From positions 1,798,001 through 1,862,000 of the forward strand of contig NC_135808.1 in the NCBI RefSeq assembly GCF_964213995.1: a stretch of 64,000 nt of DNA. The letters are read 5' to 3'. The position numbers and the translations under genes are program-made. Shown here piece by piece: positions 13,134-28,100 of this stretch. The notes below the pieces were generated by a model that saw nothing but the letters and a program-made list of their open reading frames with translations, did no database searches and had not been told where the DNA came from. Origin of the DNA: Mustelus asterias (Eukaryota). Within the stretch, counting starts at the first letter, position 1. Each line of letters begins with the position of its first letter.

Positions 13134-16100
13134 CTGGAATCGAGAGAGCGAGAGAGAAGGACATGTGAGTTATTTAATCACAGAAAGGCTTAACCGGGTG
13201 CTCCGGTTTCCTCCCACAGTCCAAGGATGTGCAGGTTAGCTAAATTGGCCACGCTAAATTGCCCCTTAGTGTCCCGGGATCCGTAGGTTTGAGGGATTAG
13301 CGGGGCAAATGTGTGAGGTTACGGGGATAAGGCCTGAGTGGGATTGTTGTCAGTGCAGGCTCAATGGGCTGAATGGCCTCCTCCATCTATGATGATAGAT
13401 TGCGAGTCCCAGAATCAAACTTTGAGTCTTTTTAAGTTAATTTACAGGATGTGGGCATCGCTGGCTGGGCTAGCGTTTTATTGCCCATCCCTTACTGCCC
13501 CTTGAGCTGAGTGGCTCACTTGGCCAATTCAGATTCAGCCTCATTACTGTGGGGTTTTTTCCATTTATTTGTGGGATGTGGGCGTCGCTGACTGGGCCAG
13601 CATTCATTACCCATCCCTGAGGACGATTGTTGTGGCTCTGGAGTCACATATAGGCCAGACCGGGTAAGGATGGCAGATTTCCTTCCCGAAAGGACATTAG
13701 TGAATCAGATGGATTTTTCCGACGATTGACAATGGTTTCATGGTTATCAGGAATTAATTTAATTCTAGGGCTTTATTGAATTCAAATTTCACCATCTGCC
13801 GTGGTGGGATTCGAACCCGGGTCCCCAGAGCATTACCCTGGGTCTCTGGATCACTAGTCTAGTGACAATACCACGAGGCCCATTGCCTCTTCTGGACCCA
13901 GTTCAGTTTGTCTCAATGCAGCATTCTTTAAAGCAAAGCTTTTGAGATTGGAATGGAATGTAGGCCTTGATTCCCCCATCTCGACCCACAACTTCTCCAT
14001 CGGGTCGCAGTGGGAGATGCGCGTTGCCGGCCTTGTTCCAGGATTTGTGCATGCCCCGGGAATGCATCCCAGAGCCGGAGAACAGTCGCCGGTCAGACCA
14101 CACTGGAAACCGGCGGAAAGACAGGTAAGTCATTTGAATCTGTTTTTAGTATGTTTTAAATGCAGTTTGAATCTGATTATCGGGAACTTACCAGTCCCGA
14201 CTGAATCACCCACCCCGCCAGGAGTACTTCATTCTGGCAGGGTTTAGAGCAGCTCCCCATGTTCGGGGAACTAACGGGAGACCCCGCTGGAATGAAGAGG
14301 GGGCAATCAGGGCCCCCCCAGGGTGTCGGGCAGTGGGGGGTGGTGCCCCCTAGGCATGGGCACCCTGGCGGTGCCAGCCTGTGTCCCTGGCCCCGCCCAA
14401 GGGGCAAAGTGCCCATCCCCAGGGGGCACCTTGGCGCTGCCTATCAGGCATCAGGCAGTGTCAAGGGGGCGGGGCCTATTATGGGCGGCACGGTAGCGCA
14501 GTGGTTAGCACTGCTGCTTCACAGCTCCAGGGTCCCGGGTTCGATTCCCGGCTCGGGTCACTGTCTGTGTGGAGTTTGCACGTTCTCCTCGTGTCTGCGT
14601 GGGTTTCCTCCGGGTGCTCCGGTTTCCTCCCACAGTCCAAAGATGTGCAGGTTAGGTTGATTGGCCAGGTTAAAAATTGCCCCTTAGAATCCTAAAATGC
14701 GTAGGTTAGAAGGATTAGCAGGTAAATATGTGGGGGTAGGGCCTGGGTGGGATTGTGGTCGGTGCAGACTCGATGGGCCGAATGGCCTCCTTCTGCACTG
14801 TAGGGTTTCTATGATTCTATGATCTATGATTTATGAGTGGGGCCTAGGGGTGATTGGTGGGGTTGGGGGTCCCGTTGCCACTCTGCATGGCGATTGGTCT
14901 GGGCTGGAGGGAGGACAGTAATTGGGGCGGGCTTGGGGGGGGAAGGGCCTGCTTGGGGGGGGGTTGTCTCCTGTGGGGTGGGGGGCCTGACCCCAGGGAG
15001 AGGTCAGCGGGGGTGGGGGGGGGCGGGGTCTGCCGGGGTGAGGGGGTTGGGGAATAGCCACTGCTGGGGGGTTGGGCTGGACATTGGGGCGCTCCAGGAT
15101 GGGGTAGGGGGGTCAGGGCTGGCCCGGGAACTGTTGTTGGGGCCGCGATCGAGCTGTGGGGGGCTGGAGGGGCAGCACTGCGAGGGTCCCGAGTTGGCCA
15201 GCGATTGAGCTGGCCAGCAAACGGGGGGTCTGACAGATCGGGGGCACTGCGCATGCGCAGAGTTGCAGACTCCGGTGTGAATAGGCCCCGCCCACCTGGG
15301 GTTTTTCACGACTGGGACCTCTGCAATGCACAGAGTGCGGAGATTCAGGTGAGAAGCTGAACTGGAAAAACAGTCGGGATCTAGAACGGTTTTCCCGCCA
15401 ATTCAGCACTTTTAGAACATAGAACAGAGAACAGTACAGCACAGAACAGGCCCTTCGGCCCACGATGTTGTGCCGAGCTTTATCTGAAACCAAGATCAAG
15501 CTGTCTCACTCCCTATCATCCTGGTGTGCTCCATGTGCCTATCCAATAACCGCTTAAATGTTCCTAAAGTGTCTGACTCCACTATCACTCTAGGCAGTCC
15601 ATTCCACACCCCAACCACTCTCTGCGTAAAGAACCCACCTCGGATATCCTTCCTATATCTCCCACCATGAACCCTATAATTATGCCCCCTTGTAATAGCT
15701 CCATCCACCCGAGGAAATAGTCTTTGAACGTTCACTCTATCTATCTCCTTCATCATTTTATAAACCCCTATTAAGTCTCCCCTCAGCCTCCTTCGCTCCA
15801 GAGAGAACAGCCCTAGCTCCCTCAACCTTTCCTCATAAGACCTACCTCCAAACCAGGCAGCATCCTGGTAAATCTCCTCTGCACTCTTTCCAGCGCTTCC
15901 ACATCATTCTTATAGTGAGGTGACCAGAACTGCACACAATATTCCAAATGTGGTCTCACCAAGGTCCTGTACAGTTGCAGCATAACCCCACGGCTCTTAA
16001 ACTCCAACCCCCTGTTAATAAAAGCTAACACACTCTAGGCCTTCTTCACAGCTCTATCCACTTGAGTGGCAACCTTTAGAGATCTGTGGATATGGACCCC

Positions 16101-19100
16101 AAGATCTCTCTGTTCCTCCACAGTCTTCAGAACCCTACCTTTGACCCTGTAATCCACATTTAAATTAGTCCTACCAAAATGAATCACCTCACATTTATCA
16201 GGGTTAAACTCCATTTGCCATTTTTCAGCCCCGCTCTGCATCCTATCTATGTCTCTTTGCAGCCTACAACAGCCCTCCACCTCATCCACTACTCCACCAA
16301 TCTTGGTGTCATCAGCAAATTTACTGATCCACCCTTCAGCCCCCTCCTCTAAGTCATTTTGAGAGAATTGCGACTGTAATTTCTAAAGAGTTCTAATTTC
16401 GGCCACCCTTGTGACTAACAGGTTTAAACCCAATGGGGGGAATTTTCCCGTCCCGCTTGCCATGGGAATTTTAGCAGGCGGGGTGGGGGGGCGGTGGGGG
16501 GAGGGGGCGGAGGGGCGGCGGACAATGCAAAGGTCCGTTGACTTCGGGCAAGATTTTCTGGTTTTGGGGCTAGTATGGCTGGAAAATCCTGCCCAATGAG
16601 TTGTAATAAATCAGCTCCGCAGTCAGTCTCTGAGACTATAACTGAGAACAACATATCAGACTAAATCACTGCTTTATGATGTCCTTCTCTTCAGTGTAAG
16701 TTTATTGATCATATTTACTTATTCTCTACTATTCCAGAATGAAAACAAAATACTGCGAATGCTGGAGATCTGAAATAAACAAAACAGAAATTGCTGTGGA
16801 GGAAAAAAAAAGAGTTAACGGCTGGAACTCAACCAGCTATTCCGCCATGGAATCGGAGCAGGCGAGCATCCGATAACGGAAATTTCCATTGACCTTGGGT
16901 GGAAATTTCCGGTCTCGCCCGAGCAAGGCCGTAAAATCCCACCCAATATTTTAAATCCAACATGGCCTCCCTTTTGGAACTGGAGACAAGTAGGAATGTG
17001 ATGGGGTCAGGGTGTGAAAGAGAAGGTCAGGGATAGGTTAGAGGGCGGGGAGATTAAATGACAAAGATATAATTGAACAAATAGGAAAGAGGAAGTCATG
17101 TGGCGCAGTGGGTATTGTCCCTGCCTCTGAGCCAGAAGCTCCGGGTTCAAGTCCCACCCCAGGATTGGACGGCCGAGGAAGGTGCGATCATAACGCGGCC
17201 AAACAGGTCGAGTGTCAACCTGTAAATCCTTCCAAACAGGCCGATGGCTGACGGTAAGAACAGGAGAGTCATTTTGATGCAGATGGTGCCTCTCAGTCTT
17301 CTTCTCTCCAAGGGGAACAGTCCCAACCTCTCCAATCTATCCTCATAACTGAAGTTTCTCATTCCTGGAACCATCCTTGTAAACCTCTTCTACATTCTCT
17401 CCAATGTGTTCACATCCGTCCTATAGTGTGGCTCCCAGAACTGTACACAATATTCCAGCTGAGGTCTAACTAGTGTATAAGTTCAGTGTAACCTCTTTGC
17501 TCTTGTACTCTATTCCCCTATTAATAAAGCTCGGGAAGCCAGGTACAATCTAAGGAGATCCATCAAAGATGCCAAAAGACAATACCGCACCAAGCTAGAG
17601 TCCCAGGCTAGCCACACCGCTGACGATGGCAAGGTCTGCAAGACATAACAGGCTACAAGATGAAGGCATGTAAAATCGCCGGCTCCAACCCACCCCTCCC
17701 TGATGAGCTCAATGCATTCTATGCCCGTTTTGAGCAAGAGGTCAGTGAGAGCATGCCCTCCACCCTGGAAGCCCTGGATGAACCTGTATCTGGGGTCACC
17801 ATTGCAGATGTCAGAACAGCTTTCTTGAAGGTCAACCCACAGAAAGCAACTGGCCAGGATGGGGTACCCGGACGTGCACTCAGATCCTGGCGGATCAGCT
17901 GGCGGAGGTATTCACAGACATCTTCAACCTCTCTTTACACCAATCTGAGGTCCCTATCTGCTTCAAGAAGATGACCATCATCCTGGTACCTAAGAAAAAC
18001 CAAGCAGCGTGCTTTAATGACTATCATCCGGTGGCTCTGACATCCATCATTATGAAGTGCTTCGAAAGGTTAGTCATGGCACGAATCAATTCCAGCCTCC
18101 CGGACTGCCTGGATCCACTACAGTTTGCCTACCGCCGCAACAGATCCACAACAGATGCCATTTCCCTGGCCCTGCACTCAACCCTGGAACACCTAGATAA
18201 CAAGGTCTCTATGTCAGAGCTATGTCAGACTCCTATTTATTGACGACAGCTCAGCCTTCAACACTATTATTCCCACGAAACTCATCTCCAAACTCCGTGG
18301 CCTGGGCCTCGGCACCTCCCTCTGCGACTGGATCCTGAACTTCCTAACCCACAGACCACAATCAGTAAGGATAGGGAACAACACCTCCTCCACAATAATC
18401 CTCAACACTCGTGCCCCACAAGGCTGTGTTCTCAGCCCCCTACTATACTCCTTATACACCTATGACTGTGCGGCCAAATTCCCCTCCAATTCAATTTTCA
18501 AGTTTGCTGACAACACCACCGTAGTGGGTCGGATCTCAAACAATGATGAGACAGAGTACAGGAATGAGATAGAGAATCTGGCAAACTGGTGCGGCAGCAA
18601 TAATCTCTCCCTCAATGTCGACAAAACGAAGGAGATTGTCATCGACTTCAGGAAGCGTAAAGGAGAACATGCCCCTGTCAACGTCAATGGGGACGAAGTA
18701 GAAAGAGTCGAGAGCTTCACGTTTTTAGGTGTCCAGATCACCAACAACCTGTCCTGGTCCCCCCATGCTGACACTATCGTTAAGAAAGCCCACCACGCCT
18801 CTACTTTCTCAGAAGATTAAGGAAATTTGGCATGTAAGCTACGACTCTCACCAACTTTTACAGATGCACCATGGGAAACATTCTTTCTGGTTGTATCACA
18901 GCTTGGTTTGGCTCCTGCTCTGTCCAAGACCACAAGGAACTACAAAAGATCGGGAATGTAGCCCAATCCATCACACAAACCAGCCTCCCATCCATTGACT
19001 CTGTCTACACTTCCCGCTGCCTCGGCAAAGCAGCCAGCATAATTAAGGACCCCACGCACCCCGGACATTCTCTCTTCCACCTTCTTCCTTCGGGAAAAAG

Positions 19101-22100
19101 ATACATAAGTCTGAGGTCACGTACCAACCGACTCAGGAACAGCTCCTTCCCTGTTGCTGTCAGACTTTTGAATGGACCTACCTTGCATTAAGTTGATCTT
19201 TCTCTACACCCTAGCTATGACTGTAACACTACATTCTGCACTCTCTCGTATCCTTCTCTATGAACGGCATGTTTTGTTTGTATAGTGCGCAAGAAACAAT
19301 ACATGTGACAATAATAAATCAAATCAAATACTATATTCTTTATTAACCGCTCTATCCACCTATCCTGCCACCTTCAAGGATCTGTGCCCATATATACCCA
19401 GTTTCCTCTGCTCCTGCACACACTAAAGAATTTTACCCTATATTTTCGATTGCCTGTCCATGTTCTTCCTTCCAAAATACATCACCAGACACTTCTCCAC
19501 ATTGAACTTTATCTGCCACCTGTCTGCCCACTCCACCAACTTGTCTAGGTCCTTTTGAAGTTCTACACTGGCCTCTTCACAGTTTACAACACTTCCAAGC
19601 GTTCTGTCATCCGCAAACCTTGGAATTGTCCCCTGCACGCCAAGATCTAGATCATTAATATATATGAGGAAAAGTAAGGGTTCCAGTAGCGACTCCTGGG
19701 GAACACCACTACAAACCTTTGTGGTTAGCACTACTGCCTCACAGAGCCAGGGACACGGGTTCAATTCCCGGCTTGGGTCCCTGTCTGTGTGGAGTCTGCA
19801 CATTCTCCCTGTGTCTCCCTGGGTTTCCTCCGGGTGCTCTGGCTTCCTCCCACACTCCAAAGGTGTGCAGGTTAGGTGGATTGGCCATGCTAAATTGCCC
19901 CTTAGTGTCCAAAGATGTGTAGGTTCAGTGGATTGGCCATGCTAAATTGCCCCTTAGTGTCCAAAGATGTGTAGTTTAGATGGATTGGCCATGCTAAATT
20001 GCCCCTTAGTGTCCAAAGATGTGTAGTTTAGATGGATTGGCCATGCTAAATTGCCCCTTAGTGTCCAAAGATGTGTAGTTTAGATGGATTGGCCATGCTA
20101 AATTGCCCCTTAGTGTCCAAAGATGTGTAGTTTAGATGGATTGGCCATGCTAAATTGTCCCTTAGTGTCCAAAGATGTGCTGGTTAGGTGGATTGGCCAT
20201 GCTAAATTGCCCCTTAGTGTCCAACGATGTGTAGTTTAGATGGATTGGCCATGCTAAATTGCCCCTTAGTGTCCAAAGATGTGCTGGTTAGGGGGATTGG
20301 CCATGCTAAATTGTCCCTTAGTGTCCAAAGATGTGCTGGTTAGGTTGATTGGCCATGCTAAATTGTCCCTTAGTGTCCAAAGATGTGCAGGTTAGGTGGA
20401 TTGGCCATGCTAAATTGCCCCTTAGTGTCCAAAGATGTGCTGGTTAGGGGGATTGGCCATGCTAAATTGTCCCTTAGTGTCCAAAGATGTGCAGGTTAGG
20501 TTGATTGGCCATGCTAAATTGTCCCTTAGTGTCCAAAGATGTGTAGTTTAGATGGATTGGCCATGCTAAATTGCCCCTTAGTGCCCAAAGATGTGTAGTT
20601 TAGATGGATTGGCCATGCTAAATTGCCCCTTAGTGTCCAAAGATGTGCTGGTTAGGTGGATTGGCCATGTTAAATTGCCCCTTAGTGTCAGGGGGATTAG
20701 CTGGGGTAAATGTATGGGGATGGGGCCTGGGTGGGATTGTGCTCGGTGCAGACTGACCTCCTTCTGCAGTGTCGTATTCTACGATATTCTATGAATACTC
20801 CCTCCAGCCTGAAAAATATCCGTTCTGCCTGACCCTCTGCTTCCTATTATTCGGCCAATTTTCCATTCCTGTCGCTGCTGCTGCCCCTTTTATTCCATGA
20901 GCTATGACTCTTCAAACGACTCTGTTGTGTTGTGTGTTGCGACTTGCTCCTCGAGACCGTCCAGTGCTGTACTGGAGCAATCCGCAGTGCGGTAGTCTCG
21001 GAACAGGGAAGGATATTGATATTATTACTGAGAGCACAATGAAGAAACACACTGAGCAAACCTTATCAGCTTGACTGATGCAAGGACAGTTTTGTATCTA
21101 TGCGACTGCGAAGAAGAATGGATGTATATCACTGCACCGGGCTAAAATTACTTTGTTTTGGTCACAGATGCATCACAAGCACATTTTGTACAGGAAGTAT
21201 ACAATGTTTGTTTTTAATCAGCTTGGTAACTGTTGAGGACATGACGTTATTAAAATGCATGCATTTACAGTGTATCGCTTATAACTGGGCAAGAAAACAT
21301 TTTCCTGACCATTGCACTAATTAACCCTTGTCCAACCTTGAGGATTAAAACTTCTTAAAGAAAAGCAACAGTTTAAAGTTTATTTACAAGTATGCTTACA
21401 TTGACACTGCAATGAAGTTACTGTGAAAATCTCCAAATAGCCACACTCCGGCACTTGTTTAGGTACACTGAGGGAGAACTTAGCACGGCCAATCCATGCA
21501 TGGTGGTGCAGTGGTTGGCACTGCTGCCTCACAGTGCCAGGGACCCAGGTTCAATTCCGACCTCGGGTCACAGTCTGTGTGGAGTTTGCACGTTCCCCCC
21601 GTGTCTGCGTGGGTTTCCTCTGGGTGCTCCGGTTTCCACCCACAGTTCAAAGGTGTGTGGGTTCGGGGTATTGGCCATGCTAAATTGCCCCTTAGTGTCA
21701 GGGGGATTAACAGGGTAAATGTGTGGGGTTACGGGGATAGGGCCTGGGTGGGATTGTGGTCGGTGCAGACTCGATGGGCCGAATGGCCTCTTTCTGCACT
21801 GTTGGGATTCCATGGATTCTAACCAGTATGTCTTTCGGACTGCGGGAGGAAACGTGTGGGTCGTCCTAACCTCAGCTGAAGGGGATTCTGGGAGGTTGAG
21901 TTCTTAGTATAAAAGTCAGTTACCTGGGGGGTTCGACCTCTTTGTTCGACAGGAGCATAAAAAACAGGCCGCACTATACAGCGGGCAGCGTCGGGAGCGG
22001 GCAGTGGAGTGAGTGGGAAGCAGAGTGAGAGCTGTAAGGGCTTTGGCTCGCAGGGCTTAGGCGGAAACGGGCGACACAGGACAGGTTTAAATTCATTCTG

Positions 22101-25100
22101 TTACCCTTCAATATCGAATCCTTGTTCTTTCCCAGTGCACTCTGAGGAAGGGGAAAAAGGGTTCAGTGTTGCATTGGAGCAATTATTTTTCTTTGTAGCA
22201 GTAAGTTTTATATGGAGGGGATGGAAGTAAAGGCAGTGCAATGTACCTCCTGCAGAATGTTTGAGGTGAGGGACACCGACAGTGTCCCTGCTGATTACAC
22301 CTGTGGGAGGTGCACCCATCTGCAGCTCCTCCAAGACCGCGTTAGGGAGCTGGAGCTGGAGTTGGATGAGCTTAGGGTCATCAGGGAGGCAGAGAGGGCC
22401 ATAGACACAAGCTTCAGGGATATAGTTGCTCCAGGGAATGAAAATAGATGGGTGACAGTGAGAGGGGCTGGGAGGAAGCAGTCGGTGCGGGGATCCCCTG
22501 TGGTCGTTCCCCTTAGCAACAAGTATTCCACTTTGGATACAGGTGAGGGGGGCGACCTACCAGTGGTGAGCCGCAGTGACCAGATCGCCAGCGCTGAGTC
22601 CGTCCCTGTGGCTCAGAAGGGAAAGGGGGAGAGCGGTGGAGCTATAGTTATTGGGGACTCATTTGTTAGAGGGATAGATAGGAGGTTCTGTGGCAACAAG
22701 AGAGACTCACGGATGGTATGTTGCCTCCCGGATGCCAGGTTCCGTGACATCTCCGACCGTGTCTTCAGGATTCTAAAGGGGGAGGGGGAACAGTCACAAG
22801 TCGTGGTGCATGTCGGCACCAAAGACATAGGTAAGAGAGGGGACGGGGATTTAAAACAGGAATTCAGGGAGCTAGGGTGGAAGCTGAGAGCCAGGACAAA
22901 ACAGGTTGTCATCTCTGGTATGTTGCCGGTGCCACGGGATAGCGAGTTGAGGAACAGGGAGAGAGTGCAGTTAAACACATGGATGCAGGGATGGTGTAGG
23001 AGGGAGGGTTTCAGCTATGTGGATAATTGGAACACTTTCTGGGGAAGGTGGGACCTGTACCAACAGGACGGGGTGCACCTGAACCAGAAGGGCACCAATA
23101 TCCTGGGAGGGAAATTTGCTACGGCTCTTCGGGGGGATTTAAACTAATTTGTCAGGGGGATGGGAAAAGGAGTTGTAGTCCAGAGGTCAGTGAGTGTAGT
23201 GAGGTACTGGGAAGGGTATCATGGTCAAAGGTGGGTACCAGCAGACAAGAAGGTGGGTTGAAGTGTGTCTACCTCAATGCAAGGAGCATCCGAAATAAGG
23301 TAGGTGAACTTGGGGCGTGGATTGGCACTTGGGACTACGATGTTGTGGCCATTACGGAGACATGGGTAGAACAAGGACAGGAATGGTTGTTGGACGTTCC
23401 GGGGTATAGATGTTTCAGTAAGTGTAGGGTAGCTGGTAAAAGAGGTGGAGGAGTGGCACTGTTAATCAAGAAGAGTGTAACGGCTGCAGAAAAGCATTTC
23501 GAAGGGGATCTGCTCCAGAGGTAATATGGGCTGAGGTTAGAAATAGGAAAGGAGCGGTCACGTTGTTAGGAGTTTACTATAGGCCCCCAAATAGTAATAG
23601 AGATGTGGAGGAAGAAATTGCTAAGCAGATTATGGATAGGTGTGGAGGTCACAGGGTAGTTGTCATGGGGGACTTTAACCTTCCAAATATTGATTGGAAC
23701 CTTTGTAGGTCAAATAGTTCGGATGGGGCAGTTTTTGTGCAGTGTGTGCAGGAGGGGTTCCTGACACAATATGTGGATAAGCCGACAAGAGGTGGGGCCA
23801 CATTGGATTTGGTAATGGGAAATGAGCCAGGCCAAGTGTTGGATTTGGTTGTGGGAGAGCACTTTGGAGATAGTGACCACAATTCGGTGTCTTTTGTTAT
23901 TGCAATGGAGAGGGAGAGGGCCATACGGCAGGGCATAGTTTACAATTGGGGGAAGAGGTAATTATGATGCAATCAGGCGGGAATTAGGAAGCATAGGATG
24001 GGAACAAAAATTGTCAGACAAAGGCACTAATGATAAGTGGAACTTTTTCAAGGAACAAATACTGCGTGTCCTTGATAGGTATGTCCCTGCCAGGCAGAGA
24101 GGAAATGGCTGAGTGAGGGAACCACGGTTCACAAAAGAGGTGGAATGTCTTGTCAAGAGGAAGAAGGAAGCGTATGTTAGGTTGAGAAAACAAGGTTCAG
24201 TTGGCTCGATGGAAGGTTACAAGTTAGCAAGAAATGAGCTGAAAAAGGGCCTTAGGAGAGCTAGGAGGGGGCATGAGAAGTCCTTGGCGGGTCGGATCAA
24301 GGAAAACCCCAAGGCTTTTTATTCTTATGTGAGGAATAAAAGAATGACCAGGGTGAGGCTGGGGCCGGCCAAGGACGGCAGTGGGAATTTGTGCATGGAG
24401 TCAGAAGAGATAGGAGAGGTGATGAATGAATACTTTTCTTCGGTGTTCACCAAGGAGAGGGGCCATGTTTTTGAGGAAGAGATGGTGTCACAGGCTGATA
24501 GGCTGGAGGAAGTAGATGTTCGGAGGGAAGATGTACTAGCAATTTTGAATAAACTGAAAGTTGATAAGTCCCCTGGGCCTGATGAAATATATCCTTGGAT
24601 TCTTTGGGAGGCAAGGGATGAGATAGCAGAGCCTTTGGCATTGATCTTTGCGTCCTCACTGTCCACGGGGGTGGTGCCAGAGGACTGGAGAATGGCGAAT
24701 GTTGTTCCTCTGTGTAAGAAAGGGAATAGAAATGACCCTGGTAATTATAGGCCGGTTAGTCTTACTTCGGTGGTCGGTAAGTTGATGGAAAAGGTCCTTA
24801 GGGATAGGATTTACGACCATTTAGAAAGATGCAGCTTAATCCGGGATAGTCAGCACGGATTTGTGAAGGGCAAGTCTTGCCTCACAAATTTGATAGAATT
24901 TTTTGTGGAGGTAACTAAGTGTGTAGATGAAGGTAGTGCAGTTGATGTCATATACATGGATTTTAGTAAGGCGTTTGATAAAGTCCCCCACGGTCGGCTT
25001 ATGAAGAAAGTAAGGATGTGTGGGATAGAGGGAAGTTTGGCCGATTGGATAGGTAACTGGCTATCTAACAGAAGACAGAGGGTGGTGGTGGATGGAAAAT

Positions 25101-28100
25101 TTTCGGACTGGAAACCGGTTACCAGCGGAGTGCCACAGGGATCAGTGCTTGGTCCTCTGCTATTTGTAATTTTTATAAATGACTTGGAGGAGGGGGCTGA
25201 AGGGTGGATCAGTAAATTTGCTGATGACACCAAGATTGGTGGAGTAGTGGATGAGGTGGAGGGCTGTTGTAGGCTGCAAAGAGACATTGATAGGATGCAG
25301 AGCTGGGCTGAAAAATGGCAAATGGAGTTTAACCCTGACAAATGCGAGGTGATTCATTTTGGTAGGACAAATTTAAAATTGGATTACAGGGTCAAAGGTA
25401 GGGTTCTGAAGAATGTGGAGGAACAGAGAGATCTTGGGGTTAATATCCATAGATCTCTGAAGGTTGCCACTCAAGTGGATAGAGCCGTGAAGAAGCCTAT
25501 AGTGTGTTGGCGTTCATTAACAGGGGGTTTGAGTTTAAGAGCCGTGGGGTTATGCTGCAACTGTACAGGACCTTGGTGAGACCACATTTGGAATATTGTG
25601 TGCAGTTCTGGTCACCTCACTACAAGAAGGATGTGGAGACACTGGAAAGAGTGCAAAGGAGATTTACCAGGATGCTGCCTGGTTTGGAGGGTCGGTCTTA
25701 TGAGGAAAGGTTGAGGGAACTTGGGCTTTTCTCTTTGGAGCGGAGGAGGTTGAGAGGAGACTTGATAGAGGTTTATAAGATGATGAGGGGGATAGATAGA
25801 GTGAACGTTCAAAGACTATTTCCTCGGGTGAATGGAGCGGTAACTAGGGGGCATAACTATAGGGTTCATGGTGGGAGATATAGGAATGATGTCCGAGGTA
25901 GGTTTTTTACTCAGAGAGTGGTTGGGGTGTGGAATGGACTGCCTGCAGGGATAGTAGAGTCAGAAACTTTAGGAACATTTAAGAAGCTATTGGATAGGCA
26001 CATGGAGTACTTCGGGATGATAGGGAGGAAATAGCTTGATCTTGGTTTCAGACAAAGCTCGGCACAACATCGTGGGCCGAAGGGCCTGTTCTGTGCTGTA
26101 CTGTTCTATGTTCTAACCGCCTGGGCTAAAACTGGGTGACATCTTAAAATGTCTGTTAAGTCTGAGGATTTTGTACCACCATTAACCAAGCAACTGTCTC
26201 CAGTCTGTGGGCAGCAACTTATTGTATCACCAGGAGGAGACAGTGGCATCGTCGTATTGTCACCGGACAGTAATCCAGAGACTCCGGGTTCAAATCCAAG
26301 CACGGCAGAAAGTAAAATTTGAATTCAATAAAAATCGGGAACCAAAAGTTTAATTATGGAATAGAATCATAGAATCCCTGCAATGCAGAAGGAGGCCTTT
26401 CAGCCCATCAAACCTGCACTGACAACAATCCCACCCCGGTGCTTTCCCCATTTACCCCACTAAATTCCCCCTGACACTATGGGATAATTTGCCATGGGCA
26501 ATCAACTTAACCTGCACATCTTTGGACACTAAGGGACAATTTAGCATGGCCAATCCACCTAACCTGCACATCTTTGGACACTAAGGGACAATTTAACACG
26601 GCCAGTCCACCTAACCTGCACACCTTTGTACACCAAGGGGCAATTTAGCATGGCCAATCCACCTAACCTACACACCTTTGGACACTAAAGGGCAATTTAG
26701 CATGGCCAATCCACCTAACCTACACACCTTTGGACACCAAGGGGCAATTTAGCATGGCCAATCCACCTAACCTACACACCTTTGGACACCAAGGGGCAAT
26801 TTAGCATGGCCAGTCCACCTAACCTACACACCTTTGGACACTAAGGGGCAATTTAGCATGGCCAATCCATCTAACCTACACATCTTTGGACACTAAGGGG
26901 CAATTTAGCATGGCCAATTCACCTAACCTACACATCTTTGGGCACTAAGGGACAATTTAGCATGGCCGATCCACCTAACCTACACATCTTTGGGCACTAA
27001 GGGGCAATTTAGCATGGCCAATCCACCTAACCTACACATCTTTGGGCACTAAGGGGCAATTTAGCTTGGCCAATCCACCTAACCTACACATCTTTGGACA
27101 CTAAGGGACAATTTAGCATGGCCAATCTACCTAACCTATGCATCTTTGGACACTAAGGGGCACTTTAGCATGGCAAACCTAACCTACACATCTTTGGACA
27201 CTAAGGGACAATTTAGCATGGCCAATCCTCCTAACCTGCGCATCTTTGGACTGTAGGAAGAAACCAGAGCACCTGGAGGAAACCCACAGGAGAACGTGCA
27301 AACTCCACACAGACAGTGACCCAAGCTGGTAATGGAACCCAGATCCCTGGCGCTGTGAAGGAGCAGTGCTAACTACTGTGCTTTAGGGAAGGAAATCTGC
27401 TGTCTTTACCCGGTCTGGCCTACATGTGACTCCAGAACCACAGCAATGTGGTTGACTCTCAATTGCCCTCTGAAATGACCAAGTGAGACACTCAGTTCAA
27501 GGGGAAATCAGGGAGAGGCAATAAGTGCTGGCCCAGCCAGTGACACCCACATCCTGTGAACAAACAATGTTTCTTTTACCTGAGTATTTTTTCGACACAA
27601 GAATATCTTCTTACCTGGGCATATGGTTTCTATCATCTGTCTCCACACTGTATATTGCAGAGGTCCTTTGAACATTCCCAGGGGGAGGTTTCCACTGGTT
27701 AATATACCATGACTGTCTTCACTGATAATGTAAACACGTAATAATTGGTATTACAAAGTGACCTTAAAGAGTACATATATTTTTTGGTTTAGATATAGAA
27801 TTTCATGAAGAACTTCCTATTACCTCTTTTGTCCACAAGCTTCTTCCTGAAGGTAAAATAGAAGAGGTATCTTAGCCGGGTTTTGACAATAGGGTGAAGA
27901 CAGAGACATCCAGCAAGAGAAACAGCAACAGGACAACCAAACCTCAATTGTATCATTACAGGAGGACCGAACAGCACAAAGGCACATGGAACAAGACCTT
28001 TTTGTGGATAATTTATACAGAAATCAGGAGTTCTGTCCCTCAAGAGGCACGATGAGTCTTGAGTTTGATAGATTTCTATTGGCTAAGAGTTCCAGGGGAC

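Noticed and set aside
14483-14560. tRNA genes
   Set aside because: The tRNA-like A/B boxes are SINE heads followed by SINE body; no complete cloverleaf recognised.
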